Notes under the pieces: generated by a model
Told to the model about the DNA's origin: nothing
The model's input: the letters and a program-made list of their open reading frames with translations, nothing else
Databases searched by the model: none
Position numbers and translations under genes: made by a program
Shown here: positions 46,473 to 56,385 of the stretch, piece by piece
Position numbering within the stretch: position 1 is the first letter of the stretch
Layout: the number at the start of each line of letters is the position of its first letter
Assembly: GCA_964614645.1 (NCBI GenBank)
Contig: CAZTMA010000005.1
Span: 9,450-73,449, forward strand
DNA: 64,000 nucleotides
Source of the DNA: an uncultured Anaerolineales bacterium
GTDB lineage: Bacteria > Chloroflexota > Anaerolineae > CG2-30-64-16
Direction: 5' to 3'

Positions 46473-47204
46473 TCAGCGGCCATACACGGAGACGTGCATG
46501 CTGCTGGTTGCGGCAAACGGTTCTTCACTCCAGCCGCCCCAGCGGTTCTTCAGACGCAGCCCGGCGAGGCGCGCCATCAAGTCGAGCTCGGCAGGCCAGG
46601 CATACCGCTGGACCACGGGGTTCAGGTGCACGCCGGCAGGCGAAAGCGACACATGGCTCTCCTCGATCACCTGTGTCGCCGCATCATGGCGCAAGACATC
46701 GAGCCGCACCTCAGCGACCTCGATCGCTTCGGCCTCCACATACTGCTCGTTCTGCAGCCGGTAAAGGAAAGCCGGCACATAAGTCTCGATCACGAAGGAA
46801 CCATCGTCGGTGAGGTGGGTGGCCACGTTCTCGAAGCACCGCACCTGATCGTCCTGGGTGAGCAGGTTGAAAAGCGTATTCCACACGATATAGATCAGGC
46901 GATAGCTGCCCGGCACGGATACATCGGCAAAGTCCCCGACCGTGACCGAGAGCTCAGAGCCACCCGGTTTGCTCTTTAGCTGAGCGAGCATGGCGGGTGA
47001 GATATCGATGCCATCGACGCGCACGCCCCGTGCAGCCAGCGGCAGCGCAATCCGTCCGGCGCCGATAGCCAGCTCCAATGCCGGACCACCGCCGGCCAGC
47101 CGTTCCAGAAACGCGACGGCCGCGCGCTCGTCCCCACGCTCGACATCCCGGTACGTCGTGGCGACATCCGCGCCGAAGCTCATGACCGGCTCATAACCCT
47201 TCAT
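46473..47204 (-). CDS. Class I SAM-dependent methyltransferase.
   Basis: Motif I ELAIGAGRIALPLAARG and post-I DGIDIS. Confidence 0.75.
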   Translation of the reverse strand: MKGYEPVMSFGADVATTYRDVERGDERAAVAFLERLAGGGPALELAIGAGRIALPLAARGVRVDGIDISPAMLAQLKSKPGGSELSVTVGDFADVSVPGSYRLIYIVWNTLFNLLTQDDQVRCFENVATHLTDDGSFVIETYVPAFLYRLQNEQYVEAEAIEVAEVRLDVLRHDAATQVIEESHVSLSPAGVHLNPVVQRYAWPAELDLMARLAGLRLKNRWGGWSEEPFAATSSMHVSVYGR

Positions 47205-47258
47205 CGTGCGTTACCCTCTTCTCAGATCGTTGCATGGGCGATAGACGGCGATATACGG

Positions 47259-49238
47259 CTACCGCAACACCCGTTCATCCCCCACGCGACGAGTGATCTT
47301 CTGCTCGTCCAGCCGCTCCATCAGCGCCAGCGCATACTTGCGGCTCGTGTTGTAGCGGTCGCGCACCTGGGCGACCGTCATGCTGCCGTGCGTCTTGATA
47401 TGGCTGATGATGCCGGCCACCATGTCGTCGTAGGTTTCCCGCAGCAGCAGCACGTCCTCGCTCAACCGCACCAGCACACCCTGATACATCAACGCGCTGA
47501 TCATCTCCGGGTCTGTCATGGCAACACTCTCGGCCATCGAGGGCGGCGTGTAGGGCTGGCGCCGGAACGCGGCCAGCAGCGCGTCGACCCGGGGCCGCTG
47601 CGCGGGGGTGAAGACGATCTCGTGGCCGGGCCGCGCCAGGTACTCCGCGCGCTCCACCAGCACGCCCTCGCTGACCGCGCGCCCCAGCAGCTCGTTGTAC
47701 AGCTTGCCCGACCACCGGTCACGGCCCTGGAGGCGGCTCTTGAGTTCCTCCCGCGCCATGCCTGGGCGCAGCGGGTACTGTGTGTGAAAATCGGCCAGCG
47801 TATCCGCCATGCGGGCAGCCAGCAGACCCCAACCGCCGAGCGAAATGACCGGGGTCAGGCTCTTGCTCAAGGGCAGCTGCACGGGGCCCAACGGAATGAG
47901 CTGTCCGCCGGCGACCATGCTCGCCGGCACCGGGTCCGCTCCTGCCGCGTCCAGCCCGGAGGCTTCGACGACCGCCTTGAATGCGGCCGGTTCCTGCCGC
48001 GCCAGGCCGTGCAGCACCAGGTCTTCCGGCGTGCCGCGGGCGAGCGTTTCAAGCTGCACCAGCACGTCCGGCTGGAGCCGCCGCCAGCGCCGCCGCGGGT
48101 GCGGGTTGACGACTGTCCCGCCGCCGAGCGTCAGGCTGGGCGACGCCTGCCGGATGATGAACCGGTCGCCCGCCGCGACGACCACAGGCGCAGCCAGCAC
48201 GACCTGGACCCAACCGGTCTGCCCCTCACTGAGCTGTTCCGCGCTGAGAAGACGGGCGCGGCCGGGGACCTCCGCCGCGCCGCTGAAGAAGTCTACGGGT
48301 TGGCTGTGGCGCAGGGGCGGCAGAGACGCATCCCCGCGCACCATCCGCAGCCGCACATCGACCATCGTAGTCGGCTGCACCGTGCCGGGTTTGGCAACCA
48401 CCATACCGCGCTGCAGGTCGTCGGGATGCACACCGGTCAGGTTGATCGCGAGGCGGCTCCCCGGCAGCGCCAGATCCACCGCCTTCCTGTGCGTTTGCAG
48501 CCCGCGAATGCGCGCGGTCAGCCCGCCGGGGAGGATCTCCACCTCGTCGCCCACGCGGAAATGCCCGTCGCTGAGCGTGCCCGTCACGACGGTGCCGAAC
48601 CCAGCCACGGTGAACACCCGGTCAATCGGCAGCCGCGGCTGCGCCTTATCGCGGCGCGGAGGCACGGTTGCCAGCGCATCCGCAAGCGCCTGCCGAAGCT
48701 CTGCCAATCCCGTCCCCGCCCGCGCAGATACGGGCACAATCGCCGCGTCTGCCAGCGCCGTCCCCTGGAGCGCCTCGCGCAGGTCCGCCTCGACCAGCTC
48801 CAGCCAGCCTTCTTCAGTGATGGTGTCGGTTTTGGTCAGCGCGACTACGCCCGCGGGGATTTGCAGGAGGTCGAGGATCGCAAGATGCTCGCGCGTCTGA
48901 GGCATGACGCCCTCGTCCGCGGCGACGACGAACAGCGCGGCGTCAATCCCGCCCACGCCCGCCAGCATGTTCTTGATGAAGTCGATGTGGCCCGGCACGT
49001 CGATGACGCCGACCGTTTCGGCGCCGACCGTTTCGGCGCCGGCAGAATCAGCGGGAAGCCCCGACCCATCCGCAGCGTCGCTGCGCGCAGGCGGCAGGGT
49101 GAGCCAGGCAAAGCCCAGATCGATCGTCATCTCGCGCTCCTTTTCCTCGCGCAGCCGGTCCGGATCGATGCCGGTCAGCGCGCGGACGAGCGTTGATTTG
49201 CCATGGTCAACATGCCCGGCAGTGCCGATGACACGCAT
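47259..49238 (-). CDS. selB: Selenocysteine-specific translation elongation factor.
   Basis: [17 protein letters not shown]...[10 protein letters not shown]...DVPGH...TKTD GTPase motifs plus C-terminal winged-helix extensions. Start at ATG 49238 with GGAGG. It contains a 15-nt tandem duplication ([10 protein letters not shown]). Confidence 0.8.
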   Translation of the reverse strand: MRVIGTAGHVDHGKSTLVRALTGIDPDRLREEKEREMTIDLGFAWLTLPPARSDAADGSGLPADSAGAETVGAETVGVIDVPGHIDFIKNMLAGVGGIDAALFVVAADEGVMPQTREHLAILDLLQIPAGVVALTKTDTITEEGWLELVEADLREALQGTALADAAIVPVSARAGTGLAELRQALADALATVPPRRDKAQPRLPIDRVFTVAGFGTVVTGTLSDGHFRVGDEVEILPGGLTARIRGLQTHRKAVDLALPGSRLAINLTGVHPDDLQRGMVVAKPGTVQPTTMVDVRLRMVRGDASLPPLRHSQPVDFFSGAAEVPGRARLLSAEQLSEGQTGWVQVVLAAPVVVAAGDRFIIRQASPSLTLGGGTVVNPHPRRRWRRLQPDVLVQLETLARGTPEDLVLHGLARQEPAAFKAVVEASGLDAAGADPVPASMVAGGQLIPLGPVQLPLSKSLTPVISLGGWGLLAARMADTLADFHTQYPLRPGMAREELKSRLQGRDRWSGKLYNELLGRAVSEGVLVERAEYLARPGHEIVFTPAQRPRVDALLAAFRRQPYTPPSMAESVAMTDPEMISALMYQGVLVRLSEDVLLLRETYDDMVAGIISHIKTHGSMTVAQVRDRYNTSRKYALALMERLDEQKITRRVGDERVLR

Positions 49239-49314
49239 AGGAGCCTCCATAAACACAGGCGACGAAGAGGCAGGAGCGCCTGCTTTCGTCGCCTGCGAAT
49301 CACAAGCCTGGGAG

Positions 49315-50502
49315 TTACTCAGCCTTGGGACGAGAGGCGAGCGACCCGCTGATGGAATCCAGCAACCGCTGTGCGTTCTGCAACTGCAGGCTGCCCTGCC
49401 CTTCATAGGCCCGCCACAGGGCTTCGACTTCACGGAGAAGCTGGGTAAGCTGCTTCTCGAGGGGCGGGAAGCGCTCGATCACCTTCTGGTTGACCTTCTG
49501 CTGTTCCTGGATGGTGTAGTCCCAGCGCAGGGTCTCTTTCTTCCACCGTTGCTCATTCTCGCCCTGCCACTCGGCCAGTTCCTTCCGTTGTCGTTCTTCA
49601 GCCAAACGCTGCAGTTCAGATACCTGCTTCTGGCTGTGCACCACCTGGGCCTGGAATTCCTCGAGCGCCTTCAGCGTCCGGCCGACCGCCTCATGGCGCG
49701 TCTCGAACTCGCGGAGACGCACGGCCTGCTTCTCGATGAGCGTCCGCTGGTCGACGAATTCCTGCTCCCAGACGGTCATCTGCCGGCTACGTTCGACCTC
49801 ACCCAGCTTCTGCGCCTCGATGAACACCTGCTGCTCCTGGCGCAGCGCTTCGGGGATCGGCTGAATCTTCTGCAGGTCACGCTCCAGCCGCTGGACGCGC
49901 TCCTCGACGGGCGGCATGCGTGTGCCGATCAGCTCCGTGCGTTTCATGAGGTCAACGTGCTCACCCTGCAGCTGGGCGATGCGTTTGTTGTCCTGCGCGC
50001 GCTGCTCGATCATGTACGGCAGACTGCGCGTGCGGTCGTCAATTTCCTTGCTGACATTCGCGACCGACTGGCGCAGCGCCAGCAGCATTTCACCGAGCCG
50101 CTGATCCTCGGCCTGCCGCGTGACCAGCTCTTCCTCCAGCCGGGGAATGCGCGTCAGTTCCTTGCGCACTTCCGCCACCCCGCGGCCGAGAGCCTCACGG
50201 TCGGACAGGCGAGCGCGCTCAGATTCACGCTCGGCTTGCACGCGGGCCTCGGTCTGCTTATCCAGCATGACCACGACCTCGCTTCGAAGCTGCTGAAGCG
50301 ACTGCTCGATCTGCGTGAAGCGCGTGAGTTGCGCCTGTGTGCTTGCGAGCCGGCCCTCCAGGTCCTGTATGCGGCGGGCTTGCTCCTGGCGCTCGATCGC
50401 CAGGCTCTGCAGGCGCTGGTCCAGCTTGGCAATTTCCTCACGATCGCGGCGGTGCTCTTCATCGAGCCAGGCCACCATCTGGCTGAGTTGGGTTAGGTCC
50501 AT
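49315..50502 (-). CDS. Long coiled-coil protein of unknown function.
   Basis: About 395 aa, Q/E/R/L-rich heptad-like sequence with no transmembrane segment. Start chosen at the internal [11 protein letters not shown]. Confidence 0.45.
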   Translation of the reverse strand: MDLTQLSQMVAWLDEEHRRDREEIAKLDQRLQSLAIERQEQARRIQDLEGRLASTQAQLTRFTQIEQSLQQLRSEVVVMLDKQTEARVQAERESERARLSDREALGRGVAEVRKELTRIPRLEEELVTRQAEDQRLGEMLLALRQSVANVSKEIDDRTRSLPYMIEQRAQDNKRIAQLQGEHVDLMKRTELIGTRMPPVEERVQRLERDLQKIQPIPEALRQEQQVFIEAQKLGEVERSRQMTVWEQEFVDQRTLIEKQAVRLREFETRHEAVGRTLKALEEFQAQVVHSQKQVSELQRLAEERQRKELAEWQGENEQRWKKETLRWDYTIQEQQKVNQKVIERFPPLEKQLTQLLREVEALWRAYEGQGSLQLQNAQRLLDSISGSLASRPKAE

Positions 50503-50595
50503 GTGTCTCCGTCCAGGAAGCAAGGATGGGAAGCTATTTGAGGCGATGGAGCGCCGCCTCCGCAGAGACGGCACAGCCCCTCGTATCGTGCAAGC

Positions 50596-51252
50596 CTATT
50601 CGTCCAGTTCGACGATGGCATTGGTTCGCAGGAAGACCACGCGCTCACCGATATTGGTTGTGCGGTCAGCAAACCGTTCGAGGTTGTGCGCCACCCATAG
50701 CAGGTAGGTTGCACGGGTGATGGTGCGCGGGTCGGTCATCATAATCATCAGCAGCTCGCGGTAAACCTGGTCGTTGAGCTGGTCAATCTCGCTGTCACGC
50801 GCGGCCAGCGCGCGGGCTGCGTCCACATCGCCGCGCAGGAATGCGTCAAGCTGTCCGTGCAGCAGTTCGCGGCCGATTTCGGCCATGCGCGGCACGTCAA
50901 TCAACGGCTTCAACATGGGTTGGTCGGCGAGCCGCACCGCAATGACGGCGATGCCCTTGGCGTGGTCGGCCATCCGCTCCAGTTCCCACGCAATCGACGA
51001 GATGGAGAAAATCAGCCGGAGGTCGCGCGCAACAGGCTGCTGACTGGCGATCAGCAGAAGGCATTGCTCTTCGATCTCATGCTGGGCCCTGTTGATGCTT
51101 TGATCTGCCGCGATAAGCTCCTGAGCCAGCTGCCCATCGCGTTCTGCCAGCGCGCGCACGGCCTGTTCCTGGGCCTGTGCCACCATCGAACCGAGGCTGA
51201 CGAGGCGCTCCTGCAGGGCTGTCAATTGGAGATCGAAACTCACACGTGTCAC
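50596..51252 (-). CDS. phoU: Phosphate-signalling regulator PhoU.
   Basis: Two PhoU repeats, for example ERMADHAKGIA and LERFADRTTNIGE. Confidence 0.85.
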   Translation of the reverse strand: MTRVSFDLQLTALQERLVSLGSMVAQAQEQAVRALAERDGQLAQELIAADQSINRAQHEIEEQCLLLIASQQPVARDLRLIFSISSIAWELERMADHAKGIAVIAVRLADQPMLKPLIDVPRMAEIGRELLHGQLDAFLRGDVDAARALAARDSEIDQLNDQVYRELLMIMMTDPRTITRATYLLWVAHNLERFADRTTNIGERVVFLRTNAIVELDE

Positions 51253-51432
51253 CGTGCTGCTCCTTCTGAAGCGGCGGCGTGAGGACGGAGCCGCTGCTGA
51301 TTGCTGAACGTATTATAGCATCCTTTAGCCAGCGCCGAAAACTGCGCCAAACCTCAGAGACGCCTTTGGTCTCCAGGGCCATCCCATGCTAAGATAGATC
51401 CGTAAGTGTGTAAGTCGTGTAGGGAGGACAGC

Positions 51433-52098
51433 ATGGAACCAACATTGGCCGTCATTGACATCGACATCATCAGCGGCCAGGACGAACTTGCGCGAGAGGG
51501 CCTCCTCGCCAACCTCAGGCATCACTGCGAGCCCTGCCTTACGGTTTTGTGGGTCAATTGGCTACGTGAACGCGCAGACCTGCGCGTCGTCTGCGTGATC
51601 CATGACCTGGCCGAGCTGGATAACTTCCTGATCGACGTCATCCGGACTGTGCCGGGCGTGCGCGGCACTTCCGCGCAACTGGCGTTCGATGGGGTCGTGT
51701 ATGCCGACCCCATGCTGGATGTCTCATTGATGGAGACCGGGTGGGATCGCCGCGCGGCCGCGACTGTGCTCGTTAAGCTTCAACCGGGCCGCGACCGTGA
51801 AGCGTTCCAGGCGCTCGTCAGCCTGCCCGCGCATGAGCAGGTGACCGTTGTCTGGGTGCTCAAGCTCTTCCACCGGGCCGATGCCGACCTGCTGATCCTG
51901 CTGCTGGGTGAGCGCACCGCAGCTCTTACGGGCTATGTCATGAGCTGGATTCGCACCGTGCCTGGCGTCATGGACACGCAGCTCACCAGCGTATTGGACT
52001 GGTCCATCCTGGGCGAACCCGAGAGCTTCGTTGCGCTTTCTGAACGGTTCCCTGTGCCGGCCGTGCAGGCCGAGGCAGAGACGGAAGCTCAGCCCTAA
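51433..52098 (+). CDS. Protein with two tandem Lrp/AsnC-type ligand-binding (RAM) domains and no HTH.
   Basis: Internal duplication visible (NFLIDVIRTVPGVRGT... and TGYVMSWIRTVPGVMDT...). RBS AGGGAGGA. Confidence 0.5.
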   Translation: MEPTLAVIDIDIISGQDELAREGLLANLRHHCEPCLTVLWVNWLRERADLRVVCVIHDLAELDNFLIDVIRTVPGVRGTSAQLAFDGVVYADPMLDVSLMETGWDRRAAATVLVKLQPGRDREAFQALVSLPAHEQVTVVWVLKLFHRADADLLILLLGERTAALTGYVMSWIRTVPGVMDTQLTSVLDWSILGEPESFVALSERFPVPAVQAEAETEAQP

Positions 52099-52116
52099 AC
52101 CGAAGAAGGGAACACC

Positions 52117-52437
52117 ATGCTTGCGATAACTTGTGACAAATGCAGACGGCGCTTTACGCCGGCAGTTGAAGAAGTGCAGGGTTACCTGCAGCAGGCCGAA
52201 GGCAAGAAACACGCGCTCGTGCTGTGTCCCCACTGCGGGAAGGGCAACAAGGTGGCGCTCATGCGCCTGACGCAGGCGTTGAGCGCCGTGCGCCGTGCCC
52301 CGGCCGCTGAAGAGCCGGCATCTGAGACGCCCGTGGCTCCACAGGAGCCCGTAGCTCCACAGGAGCCCGTAGCTCCACCGGAGCCCGTGGCTCCCGGGGA
52401 GCCGATAGCTCCAGAGGAGCCGTCGCCCGCTGAATGA
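52117..52437 (+). CDS. Small zinc-ribbon protein (CDKC...CPHC) with a C-terminal tail of PQEPVA-type tandem repeats.
   Basis: Two CxxC pairs and 15-nt tandem DNA repeats. Confidence 0.45.
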   Translation: MLAITCDKCRRRFTPAVEEVQGYLQQAEGKKHALVLCPHCGKGNKVALMRLTQALSAVRRAPAAEEPASETPVAPQEPVAPQEPVAPPEPVAPGEPIAPEEPSPAE

Positions 52438-53516
52438 AAGTTGCCCTTGTCCATGACTGGCTGAACCAGGTCGGCGGCGCAGAGTACGTGCTGGAAGTGC
52501 TAGTGAGCATGTTCCCGGCCGCGCCGGTCTTCACCAGCATCTACGCACCTGCGAGGATGCCGCCCGCCTACCAGGCATGGGATATCCGGCCTAGCTTCAT
52601 GCAGCGGCTCCCCGGGGTGATGGCCCACCACCAGGTCTACCTGCCGGTCTATCCGCTGGCATTCAGCCGGGTGAACCTGCAGGGCTATGACCTGGTGGTG
52701 AGCAACAAGAGCGGCTTCTGCCACGGCGTGCAGCCGCCGCCGGGCGGCACGCACATCTGCTACTGCCTGACGCCGACCCGCTTTCTTTGGCAATATGACA
52801 CCTACCGGCAGCGTGAAGCCATCCGCCCGACGCTGGACCGGCTGCTGCGGCCGTTGATCGCCGCGCTGCGGCGGTGGGACTATGCCGCGGCCCAGCGTGT
52901 CCATCACTTCATTGCGATTTCGAGCGAGATCCAGGAGCGCATCCGCCGGTTCTACGGCCGCGAGAGCGCCATCATCTATCCGCCCGTGGACATCGCGCAG
53001 TTCCGGCCGGACGGTGGACCGGCCGGCGACTACTTCCTGGCCGGCGGCCGGCTGATTCCCTACAAGCGGTTGGACCTGGCCGTGCGGGCCTGCTCAGAGC
53101 TGGGGCTAAAGCTGTTCGTCTACGGGGCCGGTCGCGACCGCTCTGCGCTGGAGCAGGTGGCCGGGCCGACCGTGACGTTCCTGGGCCGCGTGCCCGCCGA
53201 TGAACTGGCACAGCTCTACCGCGGCGCACGGGCCTTCATCTTCCCCGGCCTGGAGGATTTCGGCATCGCGCCGCTGGAAGCCCAGGCTGCGGGCCGGCCG
53301 GTCATCGCATTCCGCGGCGGCGGTGCGCTGGACACGGTCATCCCCGGCTGCACCGGCGAGTTCTTTGCCGAACAGACACCGGCAGCCCTGATGCAGGTGC
53401 TCAGCCAGTTCGACCCGGGGGCCTATGACGCGGCTGCGTGTCGCACTAACGCCGAACGCTTCAGCCGGGAGCGGTTCGAGCGCGAGCTGGGCGAGTATAT
53501 TGCAAGGACGGTCTAA
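52434..53516 (+). CDS. Glycosyltransferase family 4.
   Basis: MKVALVHDWL... N-terminus and C-terminal FIFPGLEDFGIAPLEAQAAGRPVI. Confidence 0.8.
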   Translation: MKVALVHDWLNQVGGAEYVLEVLVSMFPAAPVFTSIYAPARMPPAYQAWDIRPSFMQRLPGVMAHHQVYLPVYPLAFSRVNLQGYDLVVSNKSGFCHGVQPPPGGTHICYCLTPTRFLWQYDTYRQREAIRPTLDRLLRPLIAALRRWDYAAAQRVHHFIAISSEIQERIRRFYGRESAIIYPPVDIAQFRPDGGPAGDYFLAGGRLIPYKRLDLAVRACSELGLKLFVYGAGRDRSALEQVAGPTVTFLGRVPADELAQLYRGARAFIFPGLEDFGIAPLEAQAAGRPVIAFRGGGALDTVIPGCTGEFFAEQTPAALMQVLSQFDPGAYDAAACRTNAERFSRERFERELGEYIARTV

Positions 53517-54202
53517 TGGAGCTGCGTGCCTACTGGAACATTATCATGCGGCGCTGGTGGCTGCCCGTGGGGCTGGCGCTGGCGGTCGCGGCCCTGACCC
53601 TGGTCATGCAGCGGCCCTGGCAGCCCCGGCCACCGGTGTACGCGGCCTCGATGCGCTTCAACGTCGGCGTCCAGCCCGAGCGCATCCCCGGCGTCTACAC
53701 CTACGACCGCTACTACACCCTGCTGACTTCAGAATACCTGGTGGACGACCTGGGCGAAATCGTGCGCAGCAGCGCATTTGCCGCGGCCGTGAGCGAGCGG
53801 CTGGCTGGACAAGGCATCACCGTAGCGCCCGGCGCCATCGGGGCCAGCACGCAGCCCGGCAAATTGCACCGCATCCTGACGGTTCATGTGACCTGGCCCG
53901 ATGCGGACGTGCTGGCGGCCATCGCAAACGCAGTTGCAGCCACGCTGACCGAGGGCAGCGCGGAGTTCTTCGGCCAGTTCAGCGCGGAAGAAGCCGATAT
54001 CCGGCTCATCGACGCGCCGTCGGTCAGCGCGGTGGGCCGCCCGGCGCGCGAGCAGCTTGACCTGCCGCTGCGCGTACTGCTGGCCCTGGCCGCAGGCATC
54101 GGCCTGACCTTCCTGCTGGATTACCTCGATACTTCGGTGCGTGAGCGGCGTGACCTGGAGGAACTAGGGCTGCCGGTGCTGGGCGAGGTACCGCGGCGCT
54201 GA
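53516..54202 (+). CDS. Polysaccharide chain-length determinant (Wzz/CapA-like) protein without a kinase domain.
   Basis: N-terminal and C-terminal transmembrane segments flank a periplasmic domain. Confidence 0.5.
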   Translation: MELRAYWNIIMRRWWLPVGLALAVAALTLVMQRPWQPRPPVYAASMRFNVGVQPERIPGVYTYDRYYTLLTSEYLVDDLGEIVRSSAFAAAVSERLAGQGITVAPGAIGASTQPGKLHRILTVHVTWPDADVLAAIANAVAATLTEGSAEFFGQFSAEEADIRLIDAPSVSAVGRPAREQLDLPLRVLLALAAGIGLTFLLDYLDTSVRERRDLEELGLPVLGEVPRR

Positions 54203-54204
54203 AA

Positions 54205-54351
54205 GTATCCACAATGGCCCGAACTAGCGTCTAAACGTGGCCCACTAGGGGTAGGGGCCGCCCCTGTCTCGAAGCCTAATGCTGCCCTGCATGTCAAGAC
54301 TTATCCACACAGCGCCCCGGTTATCCACACGAAAGGGGCCAGTTATCCACA
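54205..54351 (+). promoter_or_regulatory. Cluster of four DnaA boxes, a candidate oriC element. Three are perfect TTATCCACA (54301, 54321, 54343) and one is GTATCCACA (54205).
   Basis: Direct reading of the sequence. All four lie in the same orientation downstream of dnaA. Confidence 0.55.
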
Positions 54352-54361
54352 GAAATGCCTT

Positions 54362-54417
54362 AAAAGCCACCTGGGGATGTCTGCCGTCAGCCGTGCAGAG
54401 ACCCCCAGGTGGCTTTT
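54362..54417. terminator. Bidirectional rho-independent terminator that serves dnaA on the minus strand.
   Basis: 15-bp perfect stem AAAAGCCACCTGGGG/CCCCAGGTGGCTTTT, giving an A-tract and T-tract on both strands. It lies 16 nt after the dnaA stop. Confidence 0.65.
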
Positions 54418-54432
54418 ATAGTCGTGCGTATA

Positions 54433-55857
54433 TCAGGCGCGCGCGTGCCCGTTCTGGCGGACGCGCACCGGCTCATACAGCCGGTTGCGCAGGTCGTTCA
54501 CGGTGCGGGCAAGATCGGGGTCGTTGTCCAGCTCGCTGCTCACCCGCTCACAGCCGTGCAAGACAGTCGTGTGGTCACGCCCGCCCAGGACCAATGCGAT
54601 CTGCGGCAGCGAGGCGCCCGTTTCCTCCCGCATGACGTGCATGACCACCTGGCGTTGCAATGCAATGCGCGCGCTGCGGTTGCGGCCTTTCAGGTCCTCG
54701 ACCGTGACGCCGAAGTACTCGGCGGCAACATCGAGGATTGCGTCGAGGCTGAGCTTGCTCTGAGCGGGGGCCAGATAGGCCAGCGCATCTTCCACCAGCC
54801 CCGCATTGAGCGGCCGGTGGAAGAACTCGGCATGCGCCAGCACCTTATTCAGCGCGCCCTCCAGGTCGCGGATGTTGCGATAGGCGCGCTGTGCAATCAG
54901 GTGCAAAATATCGTTCGGCACATCCCGCCCCAGCGAAGCCGCCTTCGCCTGCAGGATGGCGATACGCGTCTCCAGGTTGGGCGGCTGGATATCCGCAATC
55001 ATGCCCCAGCCGAAGCGCGAGCGCAGCCGCTCCTCCAGGGTCGGAATGGCCTGGGGCGGGCGGTCGCTGGTCATCACAATCTGGCGGTTGGCCGCGTGGA
55101 GCGCATTGAAGGTGTGGAAGAACTCCTCCTGCGTTTGCTCCTTGCCCGCAATGAAATGGACATCATCCAGCAGCAACACGTCGATCGTACGGTACTTCGC
55201 CCGGAACTGGTCGGTGGATTGCATGCGGATGGCGTTGATGAGGTCGTTGGTGAAGACTTCCGACGTGACATACAATACACGCTTGCCCATTGTCTGCACG
55301 GTGTGACCGATGGCCTGCAACAAGTGAGTCTTGCCCAGCCCGCTGCCGCCATAGAGGAAGAGCGGGTTGTATGCTGTGCCGGGACGCTCGGAGACGGCCA
55401 GCGCAGAGGCATGCGCCATACGGTTGGACGGCCCTACAATGAAGGTGTCGAAGCTATAGCGCGCACTCAGGTCGGCCCCATACGTCGCCTTCGGCTCGGC
55501 GGGCGCAGGCTCGGCCTGGGTCTCATATGCGAGCAGCGGAACCGGCGGCGCGTCCGGGTCATCTGCCACCGGCGTGGCCTGAACCACAAACGTAACCTCC
55601 ACCGTCCGGCCCACGATGCCGGTCAGCGTGCGTTTGATCAGGGGGCGGAGCCGGAGCGAGAGCCAATCCTTCGCGTACGCGTTGCCGACTCCGATCACAA
55701 AAGCTCCGTCCTCATGGGCCAGGCACTCGGTGTCCCGAACCCATGTCTCGTAGGTGCTCCGGGGCAACTGCAGCCGCAACTGGCTGCGCGCGGTGTCCCA
55801 GACATCCCTGGCGGATCTGTTTGTCGGCACTTCAACGGCACACATGGCAATCACCAT
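54433..55857 (-). CDS. dnaA: Chromosomal replication initiator protein DnaA.
   Basis: AAA+ motifs YNPLFLYGGSGLGKTHLLQAIGH, box VII and the C-terminal DNA-binding domain. Confidence 0.92.
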   Translation of the reverse strand: MVIAMCAVEVPTNRSARDVWDTARSQLRLQLPRSTYETWVRDTECLAHEDGAFVIGVGNAYAKDWLSLRLRPLIKRTLTGIVGRTVEVTFVVQATPVADDPDAPPVPLLAYETQAEPAPAEPKATYGADLSARYSFDTFIVGPSNRMAHASALAVSERPGTAYNPLFLYGGSGLGKTHLLQAIGHTVQTMGKRVLYVTSEVFTNDLINAIRMQSTDQFRAKYRTIDVLLLDDVHFIAGKEQTQEEFFHTFNALHAANRQIVMTSDRPPQAIPTLEERLRSRFGWGMIADIQPPNLETRIAILQAKAASLGRDVPNDILHLIAQRAYRNIRDLEGALNKVLAHAEFFHRPLNAGLVEDALAYLAPAQSKLSLDAILDVAAEYFGVTVEDLKGRNRSARIALQRQVVMHVMREETGASLPQIALVLGGRDHTTVLHGCERVSSELDNDPDLARTVNDLRNRLYEPVRVRQNGHARA

Positions 55858-56385
55858 TACCCCAAGTTACTCAACGGCAAAACGTCGAACCCGAGTCCGC
55901 AACAACCGGACCGGTCAAAGCTGGCCTAAAGCCCACCTACGAATGACGGTAGCAGACCAAATCGAAGCCCGCCTGACACGCGAGGCGTGCAAGCATCCGG
56001 ATTCATGCCCCTACAAGAAAACGACCGCGTTCGTTTAAGTCAGGACGGCAGGTGGGCCGCCCACAGCAGAAAATCAGAGGAACTCATCACAAGCTGTAGC
56101 ACCCAAGCTGGAGGTGCGGATCCGGTATCGATTGTGCATCCTAATGCGGGGGGCATTCTAGCAAAGGTGTCCGGAGGAGGCAAGGCAGCAGTAAACCGCC
56201 AACTGCTGCCTTGCTGATGCTTATGTAGTCCGGCCGTCGCGCGCACTACTGTTCTACGCGACCGGTTGTGGCAGCTTTCCCGCAGACCACAGTAGGAAGG
56301 CGCAGAAACTGCGCGCGAACCCGACCTTAAATTTAGAGCGCGTGCCAGGTCGTTAAGGTATGTTATGCCAACCGTCCCGCGGGCG

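Noticed and set aside
54279-54635. 118-aa plus-strand ORF spanning the DnaA boxes and the dnaA terminator.
   Set aside because: It overlaps the DnaA-box cluster, a perfect terminator hairpin and the 3' end of dnaA. The translation is Arg-rich low complexity.
55987-56217. 76-aa ORF in the lower-GC spacer upstream of dnaA.
   Set aside because: No RBS or motif. It sits in a likely regulatory or promoter region. It is kept in mind as a possible small protein, but unsupported.
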